64,000 nt of DNA. Origin: Amphiscolops sp. MND2022. Its lineage: Eukaryota. This document shows, one piece after another, positions 37,501 to 51,400 of this stretch. The position numbers and the translations under genes were made by a program. The notes below the pieces were generated by a model. The model was not told the DNA's origin and made no database searches. It saw only the letters and a program-made list of their open reading frames with translations. The stretch spans positions 63,612,001 through 63,676,000 of the forward strand of contig OZ076410.1 of the NCBI GenBank assembly GCA_964187785.1. The letters are read 5' to 3'. Within the stretch, counting starts at the first letter, position 1. The number at the start of each line of letters is the position of its first letter.

Positions 37501-38950
37501 GAAACATTGTTCATCTGACCTATTCGCTTTGTTGCATTCTAGATCAGGATTAGTTACCATTTGCCAGATGAACAGGTTTTTGCTAGGTTCCAATTCAAAG
37601 CGTGTTGCGTGCTTGGTTACAAGTTCATCTGTATCGGCAAAATGCATTGTTGTTACTGTTTGTATAATTTTGGCCAATGATAAATTTTGGCCATTTTCAG
37701 GAACGAAAAGAGCATCCTGTAGCGTTATCTTCGCTTTCCGTCCATCCTTCTGCCCGGTGAAAAGTTCCTCTTTCTCAATACCCTCTATTTTGGAGATCGA
37801 CTTGTTGACACACTCATATTCACCGCTGTAGGTCTCGTCCACGGAGGTGAATAAGTCTGTCTTTAATCATGTAGTTACTAAAACCAGAATCAATCACAAA
37901 GACTCGCTGATCTTTCAAATCCGTAACATCATTAGTGAAGAAACTGAATTCCTCCTCTGTTTGATCTACTTGGTCAACAATGTTCGCTTTTTCCCTACGT
38001 TTCTTAAATTCTTTAGTTTGTCTGGCTCTTGCACCAATTACACTGGAATCGTTTCCCTTGAACTTTGAATTTGATTTGTCACTGATCCACTTGGTTGCTG
38101 CTCTCATCTGTTTTATATAAAGCACTCCACTTCATACTAATCTTTTGCCGTATTTCTTTTCTGGCTTTTGTAAGATTACACTTCTCGACGGGCATCAGCC
38201 ATTTTCTTCCCGTTTGCAATCAGCCTTTTTGACCGATTTGATGCTACTTGAAATGTTTAGCAGACTGCCTGGCACCAGAATAGAGCGCTGATTCGGATTG
38301 GTTCCACTTTGATTTGTTTCTTCTGTCGCTCCCAAAGTTTACTAGATCCTTTTTCAGCTCCTCAATTTCCTTTCTCTTTTGCTGAACTTCACAAATGTAA
38401 GAAAAGTATCGTGATCCCTAGGCAATCGTTTCATTATCAATGGTGTTAACAACTTCGTTACTTCTACTTGCTTCAACTCGTACTGATATTCTTCAACTCG
38501 TACGTCACATGTTCACCAACTGTTTCTGAATATTCTTTCTGTAAACTAGTTGACTTTTTTATCGGGCACTGCAATCGAGGACTTTCGAAACTTCTGTATT
38601 TCTCACCTTTCAAGCTCTCGGGCCATTTCCTTCGTAAGGTCTCCAGTACAGGACATTCTTCTTTTTAATGCCTGTACCATTTCGGAACATTTCCTCCTCT
38701 TCCTATCTTCTTTTATAGTCTCAGCTTTCTTTGGCCTCCGCTTTAGCTTCATGACTCCCTCCCTCTTTCAACCTCTCTGTATCCCTTACAGTCACTCTTT
38801 TCTAACACTTCAAAAGGTTCATCTTTTACATCCTCGCCTCGAACTGTTCTTGAAAATGAACAAAGTCCTTTTCTTTTCCACTAAACACAACATGCTTCCT
38901 CTTACTATCATTAGGGTTACAATCGCCTAACAATTTTTTGTCATCATTCA
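34545..38950 (-). mobile_element. Decayed Ty1/copia LTR retrotransposon (gag-PR-IN-RT-RH), RT partly deleted and interrupted by a repeat at about 35450-36070
   Basis: Minus strand reads FSGKEKDF...FEARM (gag), FVIDSGFSNYM (PR), QWHERLGH, VHIDVLSP...GFADGFSRF (IN), KARVVAK (RT start), SRPDIA...KHVLRYLKGT and RKSTSG...Q..VATSTPEAE (RH). Confidence 0.9.
35450..36070. repeat. Copy of the abundant 'gggaccctttg' non-autonomous repeat family
   Basis: ccccaaagggtccaccctcc and related modules are the reverse complement of 23240-23420. Confidence 0.7.
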
Positions 38951-39533
38951 GTTTTCGAACACCCAAACGAAATCAAACAAATTTCGAACAAACACAACAA
39001 GAAGAGGAAGTGCTCAAAACAATGGCAGATAATCACAACAATCAAGCTAGGATAGTCCTGAGTGAACCCTTCAAGAAGTGATTATAATGGAATTCAGGTT
39101 TTTCAAATCTCGTTCGTTTCGCATCAAGATTCTGTTCAAAATTTTCTAGATAATCAACGATGAAAATAGTGGACAACAGTTCTTTTCCTAAAAATTCAGG
39201 CGGTGATGTTTCTGTTGAAATTCGGTTCAAGGTTCATGATTTTCTCCCCAAAATTTGTCAATTTCTCGTGAATGTTTTTCAACTCATGAATGTTTGACTT
39301 TTTTCTCAAGACCGTAGTTCAGACTTCTGATCTAGGAAGTTAATTTTCCAAATGAGGGTGTCGTTGTCACAAATGTCTCGAGAACTGGGAGGTTCCAAAG
39401 TCTCCCACAGACTCAAAAGGTAGAGAACGATGTCTTCTCAAATTTTTTTCATCTCGAATATTTTCAAATTGAACAATTCTCTTCTGGTCTATTTTTCTTT
39501 CTCAGCAATCAGTTTGACGGAGGGATGTTTTCT

Positions 39534-39547
39534 CTGGGCCCATAACC
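39534..39547 (-). promoter_or_regulatory. Copia-type primer binding site GGTTATGGGCCCAG (half-tRNA-iMet priming)
   Basis: Exact 14-nt match on the minus strand about 600 bp upstream of the copia gag remnant. Confidence 0.7.
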
Positions 39548-39704
39548 TTTCAAAACGTGGGAACCCTGAAAAAAGTGAGGTTGATTGAATATTTTTCATT
39601 AATGATTCGGATTGTCTGTTGTAAAATAGCATAGCAATTGCAATCTGACTTTGTTTGATCTGACAAACAAAACATATGAGTCTCAATGAAACTTTCCCAG
39701 ATGA

Positions 39705-40290
39705 AAGTTACATTTCACAACTTGATCATGATTCTTCCATTCATGAGCGAAGAAAATCAATTCATGGAGTTGAAACCCCCGCCATTCGTAGCTTCCGCTT
39801 TTTTTCGCTCTGTATCTCAGTAAGAAATCACTACGTTTTTCGGTGTTTAATCTGGTTGTTTTTCCGTCGGCGTGTAAACGAGTTTTATTCTTGGTTTTTC
39901 GCACAAATCACGTATAGAATGTATTTTCATAGCAAAATGTTTTTTTTTTCATGATGCATGGCGTTTACTCGGCGCTATGCTGGCTTGATTATCAACATAC
40001 AAACAAACAGGTTCATCCACACTCATACCCAACTATCCCAGCTAACCAGACAAATACACACACACTTGAGCAACACACACATGCAATAGTCTCAGCTTCA
40101 GGTGCTGATGTCGCCACGCTACTCTGAACCTTACTCGACCAAATCACACAGACAGACCTATCACTCAATGTAAAATAATAGCCAGGTGTACTCTTTCTAT
40201 GAGCTTCGTTGCCGGCCCAATCAGCATCAGAAATCCTTCGTCGATAGCACGATGCGTTTTCTTTCGCTGTTCCAGTTTCTATCATCGGGT
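39705..40290 (-). mobile_element. Second Ty1/copia RNase H / 3' fragment
   Basis: SDADWAGNEAHRKSTPGYYF...WSSKVQSSVATSAPEAE. Closely similar to 34545-35100, with homology ending at ttacatttcacaac in both copies. Confidence 0.88.
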
Positions 40291-40744
40291 GGATCGTTCA
40301 TAAGAGTTTATTTTCTATAGAACTTTGTAGGAGGAGGCTTCATTTCTTTTGTTCTCCTTTTATCAATCAATCAATCTTTTCTGAAGCGACCTTCGGTCGT
40401 ATGTCATTTTCCCGGCGTTTGCAGAGTAGTTATTCTTTTTGAACATGCATTAGTCAGGTCGTTTGTTGGCTTTGGTCTTTTTAGTTTAGTTCTCGGAGAA
40501 AAAGTACGCGTCTTACAGTGGCTAGATTTTTTCCCCAGTATCTTTGATCTGTCCACTTTTACGGCGAACACGTGAAGCAAATATTATTCATACGGTAAAG
40601 AGCATTTGGCCTGGAATTGTTGACGTTATATCCGAAGTAGGATGCGTTTCACTTGAAAAGGTGGGAAAATATTTGGCTATATCCGATTTGTTGGCGTTAT
40701 CTCTGAACTATATTGCGTTTCACTAAGGTGAGGCGGAGGTTCGA

Positions 40745-41510
40745 AAAAAGTGCTCTCATTTGTACCAGCACGATATCCGAACTTTTGACGTTATTTGTGA
40801 TGTAAATTGCATTTTACTGAGAAGAGGCGGATAAGTTGCGGTATATCGATAATATTGCGCTGTATCTGATTTTTCTGTTTCCAAACTGGCGTTTTTCGGT
40901 ACTATTCGACTTTTGTCTAGTTCATTTTCATCGAAGCCCCTCCCCCCCCCCTCGATTTTTACTAGAAACGAAACGTTTTGCGAGCATAGAGGACTCCTTA
41001 GGGCGATCGGCACTTTGCGACTTACCGGAGAAATTTAGAAAAAAATCGAATGTTTTTTTAGATGTTTTCGGTCGAGCAAAATAGATTTCCAAATTTAAGG
41101 GTAACCGCTGATTGTTTTTAGTCTGAGATGAGAGTTTTCTCAATACTTGCAAAAGACCTACGGCTTTTTTCGACCCCGTGCAACTCTTTCTAAACAGTTC
41201 TCTCTCAGTAAAAAGGTATTCCTTCATTTTTTGAAAAGTCTCCGGCTTGGAAAATGCGTTTTACAAATTCAATGGGGCTCCTTTGGGGGTTTTCGGCCCT
41301 GAGATTTCTCCGAAAAAAAAACTCAATAATTTTTTTTTTGAAAATGTGTTTTTTGCTGTTTCCAGTTGGGAAAAAAAGGTTTCAGAGTCTTATTCGCATC
41401 CCTTCAGGTATCTTCGGCCCTCTAAAATTGATAAAATTTTACAATGGTGTACTTTTGCATATTTGAAAAGCTTTACTGTTTTAAACCTTGAGAGGGGCGC
41501 CGACTTTGGC
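40745..41510. repeat. Copy of the same non-autonomous repeat family
   Basis: Shared modules gaaacgaaacgttttgcgagcatagagg...gcgacttaccg and ggcgccgactt. Confidence 0.65.
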
Positions 41511-44500
41511 ATCCTTGTTAATCACTTGATGTTTCTAAATTTAAATTGATTCAGAAGGATGCTCTTCTTTCCGTTGTTATGCGTTTTGTTTCTGCTCTGA
41601 TAGGGCCACTTGAAAACTCTACTTTTTCACTACGTCGTAGTTGTAGCTTTCGATATTTTCCTTTCAGGTTTCCAGCGTCGATCCGTGGACGGTATTTGTC
41701 CGTATGATCCGTTAGGATTTCAATTTTGTTTCAGTGTTTACCCGCTATGAGTCCGTCATACCAATCTCCGGTTGGTGCGCATAGAATAATCCGAAATATT
41801 GCTTCTGCGGTGGTCATACAATCTGCGTTGCGTCGGTAGTGTGACGTATTCCCAAAGTCCTCTTTTTTTGTTCCGTGAACGCGTTTTTGAACGAATCTTG
41901 TCTGCTAAACCTCGCCCTCGCGTGAGCTAAATCGGGTAGGCGATAGCTTTTCATATTTTTTCCAAGACTTATGGTGAACAAGGATTTGCTTCTTGCTGAT
42001 TGTTGGAGTTCGCCACTTGGCAGAACTCCGTTTGGAACGCGTTCTGTTAGAGGTTAAACTTGTTGGAAGTGACAGGAGCTTTTTTTAAATGTTCCTTGTA
42101 GTGCTAACGTTTGTTGAGCTTTGCAGATCGTGCGTAAAGCAAGCCCTAACTATAGCCGTTCCAACAAGGTGGCAGTTTGAAACGTTTTTATGGATGATTG
42201 CTGGGAAAATCTAGCTTTGCTACTCACCCTACCCGGACAGACAAAAACGTGCATGAGTTCAAATGGCCTAAAACAGCGCCGTGCTATTTTTACGCTGGTC
42301 CTTAGGAGTCGCTGCTTTGGAAATTGGTTTTGTTGTAAAAATGGCATTTGAGTTAAGATCTATGGCGCGAATTTTTGTTTTCAAATTCTTTTAAGAGTTC
42401 GTTATTTTTTCTCATTGGCCAATTATAAGGAGTTTCATGTCAGAAAGACGAATGATTTTGCGTCGTAGCATCTGGGAAGTGTTAGCTGAGCTCAACTCCC
42501 TTTTTGAAATGGGTTGAAAGCTTTACTCGGCGTTGTCAAAACTAAGAGCACTTTTTGCAATAAGATGTAGTTACTTGTGTGTGAACTTTTCCTTAACTGT
42601 TTCTTCGCGAGATACAATTCCTTTTCAAGTAGTGTGTAGGTTCATGGATTGTATAAAAAAATATTTTGTGCCTAAAAGGTTTTATGCTCGATTTTTGAGC
42701 CTCACTGCTAGAAATTAGTCTAGTGTGAAAAGTGCTCGTTATGGGTTTCCCGGCATTGCACGCCTTCTTTATTTTGTTTTGCAATAGGCCCTACCCAATC
42801 AGCAGCTTGAATTTATTCAGTGTCAAAGTTATGGATTTTTTCAAATTAGATTATAATAGTTCCACTTTCTTCGATAACTCCTGATGAAAATAGTACTAAA
42901 ATTGAATTGATTTTCATCTGTTTTATTTACAAACAGAATTGTCTTTAGTATTGTCAAAAAGAGTGAGTTTCGGCTCTGGTCTTCATTGAAACTTTATATG
43001 GACAATTCAACTTTTGTTTTCCTATTAATTTTATAAAACCGTATAGAACGCGGTGAATGCTTCTACGTCATATACATATAATTTTACGTTTTGCCAGGAT
43101 GGTTTCGACTGTGATCTGGGTGGATTTTTAAGGCCTCTTAAAAATTTGTATGAAGTTTTTTGGTTTATCCATAAAATACTGCACGTCAGTGTTGCTCCGG
43201 CCTTTCGAAAAAGTGTTTCTATTCTGTAGTTGTTAACAAAATGTTTTACCTGATAGCGATTTCGAAAATAGCGGTTAAAATTGGCGATGTCAAAATCCTG
43301 TTTTCTATTCAGTTATTAAAATCCAAAAGTTGTCTCGAATCAGTGTGTTGTTTTTTTTCAAGATATGAATAGTGAAAGTATGATACTCTTTCTGATTTTC
43401 TTTCATTCGGAACCTCGAAAACTTGGGGGGGGGGAGGGAAGGGTGTTATGTTTGAAAATAAAATTCACAAAAAATGAATATAAAATTCACGAAAAAAAGA
43501 CATTTCGACAAATTGGTCGAAAGTTGAACCGTAGAAAATGAGCTGGAAAATAGCTCTGCAATTTAAACCTACCTCTGCAATTTAATTCAATAAAACAATT
43601 AGAAAAACTGTGGAGACAAACTGCTTCTGAACTTCCTGTATCAGCTGTAAACCTATTGTAACGCAGCCAGCTCGCCTTCGTTTCACCAAACTAACATTAA
43701 ATCGTTTTCCCTAACATCTTGTCTAATTCTCTTAGCACAAAGAGACAACGGCTGTTCACTTTGTAATAATTCGCAGGTAGCTTAGTCTGTATTAAATAGG
43801 AATGCAAAAAGTATTTACCAATAGCTAGTAGTATTTTTCTTTGATCAAGTAATAAAGCTTGTAGTCCCAAGTTTTGAAAGAAGCTCTCAGTTAACGAGAC
43901 ATCTGTTTGGAATTGGAAGATTCACTTTTGAGTATCTCTTTAAATATTATCCCGAAAGCGTATGTGGAATTGATAGGTGAATTTGTTGAAATATATCGCA
44001 AGTTTTGTGCAGTTGCCGATATACAGTAGTGATTCTAGAAGAAGCAACATAGCACGCGGAACGAAAGCAAATTAACAAATCTCGTTGGCCGATCAAGGTC
44101 TCACGCGCTCATTGCATTGGTCGAGAGCGATTTCCAAAACATCATTTTTTAGTTTTTTGGATTTTTGACCCACTTACAATTTTTTGATTTCAAAATTTCG
44201 ACAAAAAGTTCTCCCGAACATTTCGAATCTGGCAATATTTTTTCTCGAAAATATTCTAAATTGCATTAGTATGGGCTTGTTTTAAGTTGTTAAACTTCAA
44301 AATCATATCTTATTACATGTATTTTCGAAAAAGTCTAATTTTACATCGCATTTTTTCTACGATTTTAAGATGATTTCTAAATCAAAACATATCAGGGGCT
44401 TCAGTTAAATCAAGGGGGGGTCAATTGAACAAAAATATTTCAAAAATTTTGATCAAAAGTAGACCAAAAGTGAGAAAAATCTCAATTTTGACCTAATTTG

Positions 44501-45463
44501 GCTAAAAATGGCCTATCATAACTTCTTCAATTTTCATCGCATAATCTTCGAATAAACATATTTGTAAACTAGATAAAAATCTAAGGAACTTTCACCTTTA
44601 TCATTTTTCTTCAAAAAATCGCTGCTGTTTTAGAGATATTCGATTTTGAGATTTGCCTTTTGTTGCTTTTAGAAAGATCACTACTGTATTAGTGAAAGAC
44701 ATATTGGCGAGTTTTATTATTGATGTTATCTGGTCACTCATTCTTCAGCATTAAATTTTGTTTTGAAGGATTCAGCTGACAGGTTGCCGTGCTTTAAAAG
44801 TATTTTGCGGTTCAGTCCTTTTTGGTGGTATTGCATTTTTCAAGTAACCTAATTTTTCAATAGTTACACTGGGTAAGTGATTTTTCGTCCAAAATTGGCC
44901 GTTCTGACATTTTAGCTCTGTGGTGTAACATTCGCTCATGATTTTAGCGGGTGCTTTCATTTTAGGAGACGTGTCTATGGTTATTGTTTGTTTCCGTCAG
45001 AAACGAACTACCCAAATGCCAAAACGCATTTAGCGTGTAAAGTAATACTGCTTCATGTCCAATGAGTATCATTTACCGTAGTTTTGTGCTCAAAATATTG
45101 CTAAATTATAGGCTCATTTTTTCACTCAAGTATGGCAGATTGTGGCGAATTATGCAATTTTAGAGGCGCGCACAAAACTACGATCCCTGATTTACTGTAG
45201 CGTCAAGATTAGGTGAAACAAAAGGTCTTACATTGTGTTTCTTCCAACACTTTGTGATGAGATGAAAACTAGGTGAGCTCAAAAAGTCTCCTTAGATTTT
45301 TTGGAGCTGTGACTCTGAATATTTGTTCTATTCGAGGCATATATAGCAGCCTTTGACGCTGAATTGGTCCAATCAAAGCTAATTTCCTTCTTTGAACAAA
45401 ATCACAAGTAAAAAATACAAAGTTCGTCAGTGCTAAGTTTTCAGAAGAGATGTAAAGTGCTTA

Positions 45464-48400
45464 ATGATGATGGACATGGAGAAGCCTGTCAATGGTTTCA
45501 AAGGGGCTTGGAACATGGATGAGACAAGTCGCAGCACACTGTCAATTGAGATAGGTGAGTTTTAGTGTTTCGCCTGAAGATGGAATGATTAGAATGAAGT
45601 TAACTTCCGGAGATGAATTTAACTCAAGCTAATATCTGATTAATTTTATGTCGCATTTAGATTGGTTAATCTCTTGAATGATTAACCGATTCTAATTACG
45701 ACAACGGTTAATCAATTATTAGATGTATAGATTTTCCATCGCAAGGCACGCCGGATATAAATTTACATCCGACGTGCCTTCCGATGGAAAATCTATGCTG
45801 TCTTGAATATGCAGTAATTTTTGAATTTGAATATCTATATCTTTAATGGTGAATGATTCGGATGATGTCTCGTTACTGTAATTGCTTTTAAAGGAAGTTT
45901 CTCAAAGTAATGGAGTATCCTGTATCCTTCACGCTCTTGAAGCAGCTAGGTTCGTATTTCCTCATTTAATGAGAGAGATTTAAATGTTTAAAATGTCTTT
46001 TAAGCGTCCAACCGAAATGATTAAATTTACCTGGACACAGCACAGCCTGTAAAGGTTGATTAGCGCAAATTCGAAATAATAAACGGAAACATTAAACGTG
46101 GATGCAAAATGTTCCAGTTGCAGCTGAATTCAGCGAAATCCATGTTCACTAGAAAGCCAATTGACCGGTTAAGGTTTCGAGCTTTGTATTTTATACAATT
46201 TCCTAACTTAGTAAAATATGAAGTTCGTCGGAAATTTCTTCTTGGTTTCCAAAAGAAATGATCCAACGGTATACCATTTCAGCCCACCTTTTCGCATCTG
46301 AAGATACGTTTTAACCAAGCCGGATTGTGCATTAAGTTCGGTTATACCTGTTCATGTTTAAGGTCCTCAGTTGGAAAATGCAGACCAAACTACTTGTGTG
46401 GCAAGTCCTCCCACAGGAGTCATCAGGACGAGCACAGGCAAGTACAAGCTGCTTTCGTCAAATACTGTGAATCGACTCAATAATTCACTGTTATTAACAA
46501 CCCGTTTCTAACGAAATTTGGTGAAAAATAATACAAAGTTATTGTAGTATTCCAGCTAGATCTGTAACAAGAGGCGAGTGGTACTGTGATTTTTTTTTCG
46601 TATATTGTTACATCAGAACATTTCCGAGGGGACCTTTCTGTTCAAAGACTTTTTTAAACTGAAATTATTTATGATCTTCGTTGCGAATTTGTGTTCGACC
46701 CGAATTTGTGTTTTTTCCAGAAAACTTTTGATCTATTGTCTTACAGTGCCGAAATTACCCGAAAGCATGGCCGTTTCGGCTCAAAAAAAGTTTTCCTAGC
46801 TGTTTTCTAAAACTTTCGTGTTTTCACTTTTTCATCGGAACTACAAGGCTGTAAGTGAGTTTTGGCAATGTGGGTTCAATATTTTCTTTTAACAAAAGGT
46901 TCCGTCTTTAGTTTTCCTGACTTTGCAAGTTAGGAAATTGTATTTTTGTGTCCAAATGGTCCCCGCGTTCATTCTTTTGGCTTTTTGAAAAGTTTTTTGT
47001 TCCACAAAATGTTCCCGATTGTGTTTTAAGTTGGCAAAGGCCTTTTTGAGCCCAGAGTCTTCTCTTTGAATTTTTGGCACTGTGCGATTTAGAGAATTTC
47101 ATCAAAAACAGATGCGGCTTGCCAATTTGTTCACAATTTGTTTCAAATTAACAACTCGTTCAAGATTTGGACGCTTTTCATGGCATTTGAAAGCGTTTGC
47201 AGTTTTTTCGCAAATTTTAACTAAAATTGTTCCAAGAAATCTGCCTTGAAGAAACCTCTATATATATTGTGAGAAACGTTACGTGAATAGTGAATCGAAA
47301 ATTAATGCCAAAAGAGTTTTTGATGTTTACAATATTCAAAATCTTTGATCATAAAACAGTCTCGTTTCAGAAATGTCGCCCTTGAAAAGACATCGTGCAA
47401 TTTCCACCAGTGAGAAACATCGACCTCCAGTTTTGCAATCAACGAAAAGGGAAATATACACCAGGGGTCGACCTCCATGGTTAGGTTCTGAGGCTGTAGC
47501 TTTGCATTAGTGTGAATTCCTATGAAACTGATCTTTTGTCGAACAGGTACAATTTGAACGGTACCAGAAAAGAAGCTTTTCTAATTGGACTGACGGGTGG
47601 CAGTGCTTCTGGAAAAACAACTGTGGCTGCTCAGATCATAGAACGACTGGATTTGCCATGGGTCATCATACTGTCCCTGGACTCTTTTTACAAAGTAATC
47701 ATCTAACACTTTGAATTGATTGCTTTTTAGGTTTTTACAGAATGACGAAAGTATAATTTAGATCCCTGTGTTGTTTTTCAAGCCCTTGTGTTGAAACCTT
47801 TCAAAACTCTTGATAATTATTCGAACTCTACGCTAATAAGGCACTGAAAAAAGCAACCGAACCAGGAAAGTTTTAACGCTCCAGTAATCTGTCGTCTGGA
47901 TCTTTATTCGCCTAGTTGACAATGGCAAGTTGTCTGATCGACTAATTTGAGACAGTGCGCTAGGCTTGTGTATTTTGTATGCATACGCATTGGGACTTCG
48001 CCAGTGGAAACCAGGTTCGCTTCGTAGGCAGTGATGTGCATTCAAATATCGGAAGTGAAATTAATTCAATCATTTTAAATCTCAACAAATTCAAGCTATG
48101 TTGGAATAAAGGTAATTAAAATGCCAATTTAAATTCAAAAACGGAACAAAAGTACTTTATGACAAAAATTGGACTCGTAAATCGACTTTTGAAAATCTCT
48201 ATTAAAAGAGCCAAAGTTTTGAGTTTTTGTTTTTACAATCAGACGTGTTTTGATCGCTCCAGTTTCTCTGCCCATTTACAATTTCAAAAAAACCTAAATG
48301 AACATCACTCTTGGTAGGGGTCGACTGATTTCTTCTTTAAGTTACGCGGGTCCCCTGGCTATGAGGTCATACGATTATCATTGGTGGTTCTGGGCTCATC

Positions 48401-51400
48401 ATTCCTCATTTTTAGGTACTGACTCCTGAACAATCCGAATTGGCGCATCAATCAGAATATAATTTTGACCACCCTGACAGCTTTGACTTTGATCTATTGG
48501 TGAGCACTTTGAAGTCTCTGAAGGCCTTCAAGCGCACGGAGGTCCCGCAGTATGACTTTACCACTCATTCCAGACTCAAAGACTGGAAGACCTACTACGG
48601 GGCCAATGTCATCCTTTTTGAAGGTCGGTTTTCGCTGCTCAAAAACATTGTGTCTAAGATTGCATATGAAGACTAAAAACAACTTTCATTTCCAAGCTGT
48701 CATTGTATCATTAGTTGGCGTGAAGGTCAGGTCCAACTGTTAATGTTTTAGACAGAAAAAACTTCAGTAACTTTTTGTGCTCCGTAAGTTGTGATGAAAA
48801 GTTGGGTTCTGACTCTGAAAAATGTTCCAGGAATTATGTCATTGGTCAATAAAGAAGTTCGTGACCTGCTGGACTTGAAAATCTTTGTGGATACTGATTC
48901 TGATATCCGATTATGTCGCAGGCTGTCAAGAGATATCAGCCAGAGAGGACGAGATTTGAGAGGAGTTCTAAAGCAATACGACAAGTTTGTCAAACCGGCA
49001 TTCGATTCATACATAGAACCCACGAAGGCATATGCAGACATCATCATACCTCGGGGTATTCCATCTAGTCTTAGTTTCAAAACGATTGAATATTCCATAA
49101 GGAAACCCCTGTAATGATGATTCGTTATTTCCAGATAAAATATTATTATAGTCCAGATAGATTTGTTTTGAAAATGACATATAGATTAACATTCTTAGTG
49201 ATGGGCAACTTCCTGATCTGTTTCATAGTGTTAGTAGAATTGACAGTCATATTCTTATGTAAACATTCATTCATATGTAACCCTTTGCGAAGTTTTCATT
49301 TCAGCCTTCATTTTTAGTCGGCGCTACTCGAAGATTTCTATCAGCACCAGCTTGTAATAGTAACTTAGTAACTTCTAACTGCCACTTGGCTTAGAGGGTA
49401 ACTAGGATTTCTGAGGTGAGACGAGGTCCGAGAAGCAGAAGTACGTGGGTTCGAGTCTCGCACTAAACCGATTTTTTTATGCTTGCAAAAGTAGATAGGA
49501 GACCAAAGGGTCCCCCTTTTTTCGGATTTTTAAACCGAAACCCATCCCTCGGTTTTTAGCAGAAACAAAGCGTTTTGCGAGCATAGAGGGCCTTTTTAGT
49601 TTTTTTTTCGGTACTATGCGACTTACCGACGAATTTGAAAAAAAAATGAAAAATGAAAAGAAACTTTTTGAAAAGTTTCCCGCAATTTTTCGTTTTTTGA
49701 GGTTTTCTGTAAAGGAAAACGGTTTCCCGAGTCTTGACGGTGACCTTCAATTATTTTTTGATCTGGGGAGCTCATGATTTTTCTGAATGATTGGTAAAGA
49801 CCGGCTTTTTTCCGCACTGTTTTACTTTTTTTGATAAAATTTTCAATTGATCAAATGTACTCTTTCACCGTAATGTTTTCGGCCATCAAAAGAGTTTGGT
49901 GAGCTTAAAGCTCTTTTTTGGTACTATGGGTACTATGGGACGTTTCCGAAGAAATATTAATTCAAAATTTCAGTTCTTTGATGTTCCCAGTTGGAAAAAA
50001 GCGGCTTTCCAGTCTTATGCATATCCCTTTACATATTTAAAAAAAACTTTATTTTAACATTGGGCCGTTCCCGGTTTGTTGTATTTTATAATATTTTTGT
50101 AAACCTAGAAAGACAGTTTATTTGAAATGATAATCGAGAAACAAATGGCGTGAGTTTGTATATTTATGAATGGATTGTACAATCGGGACAGGCACTGCAA
50201 ATGAGCTTGAGTAGCTCTTTCTAGTTTCTGCCCCACACCAATGAAAGTTGAATAAAAATTAGAGAAGTTAACTAGAACTTCCTTCGTTGTTAATCATGCC
50301 ATAATTAAGGAGATGTTGAGAATAGTTTTGAAATTATATTGAAAATTGACGCGTTGTCATTGCTCCCTTTGACATGAAGTTCTGAAATTTTCGTGAGTTG
50401 CAGAGTTATTTGCGAGTTTCCTAATCGCTGGATATCTCTAGGTATCAAATTTCTTCAGGTATCTCTTCTTTTAGTCAGTTTTCGGCTTTCCGTAGTATAT
50501 TTTCAGCTGACTTCGCTTTAGTAACAGTTCGACTGAATTTATTTGTCAGGAGTCCCTCGATGCCAGTAAACCGTAAATAAATCGCAAATGATTTGTATAA
50601 CAACAAGAGGCACTATGGGGTAGACCTTAGTCTTTGCAAATTAATCCTCTGAACTTGTTCAAGATACTTACAAGCATTCCACTTACTAAATTTCTCGCTG
50701 CATATCGACAAGTCCTCAGGTTGATCAGTTCCAAAGTTCAGACCTTTGGTTTGGAATATTCTGACCGCTTGTAAGGAAACAAAATATTTGCTTAATCCAA
50801 ATCCGTTTGTAAATCTCATTTCGTTGGCCACCAGAGAAGTGTCATCCACAACAAAGCAATTTTGCTATTCAATCGCGCCAGTTCTAATTAGTAATTTTCC
50901 TGTGAAACATATCTGAAATAGTCGCTGAATTTTTCGAATATTGGTCACCTGGGGACAGCAACTTTTACGATGTTGTATGATCGAGTCGAATGCTTTCTGG
51001 AAGTCAATGAAACACGCTTGACTGTCTCATTTATTAATTGTCATTTTTTCCCGCATGAAGCACATCCAGCAAAGATTGCAGGAATGCAAGAGCGTTTCTT
51101 TTTCCAATTCCAATATGCTCCGATCCGACAATTTCTTCAGTACGAAAAAGTGAACCATTCGGTTGAACTTTTTCCAAGATTTTGCTCATTGAATAAAATG
51201 AACTTATCGGCCTGTAATTTTCTGGAAATGTTGTTTCATCGTTTTTCTTGAAAATCGGAACTACCGTGGATAATCTCAAGATATCTTGGTTTCTTTTTGA
51301 ATGCTTCACTCAATTGCTGAGGAATATTGTTTGGTCATTTTTTCCTAATCAGTCATGGCCACTTCTTTGGTTTTCATAATTTTCGAAACTTCATATTGTC

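Noticed and set aside
41600-42400. GC-richer stretch with short minus-strand ORFs (possible gag or first exon)
   Set aside because: No diagnostic motif or boundary was found, so it cannot support a call.
45743-45751. AAGGCACGC match to miR-124 positions 2-10 inside the intronic hairpin
   Set aside because: It lies mid-way along the 5' arm, too near the loop for a 22-nt product, whereas miR-124 comes from the 3' arm. The rest does not match, so it is probably coincidence.
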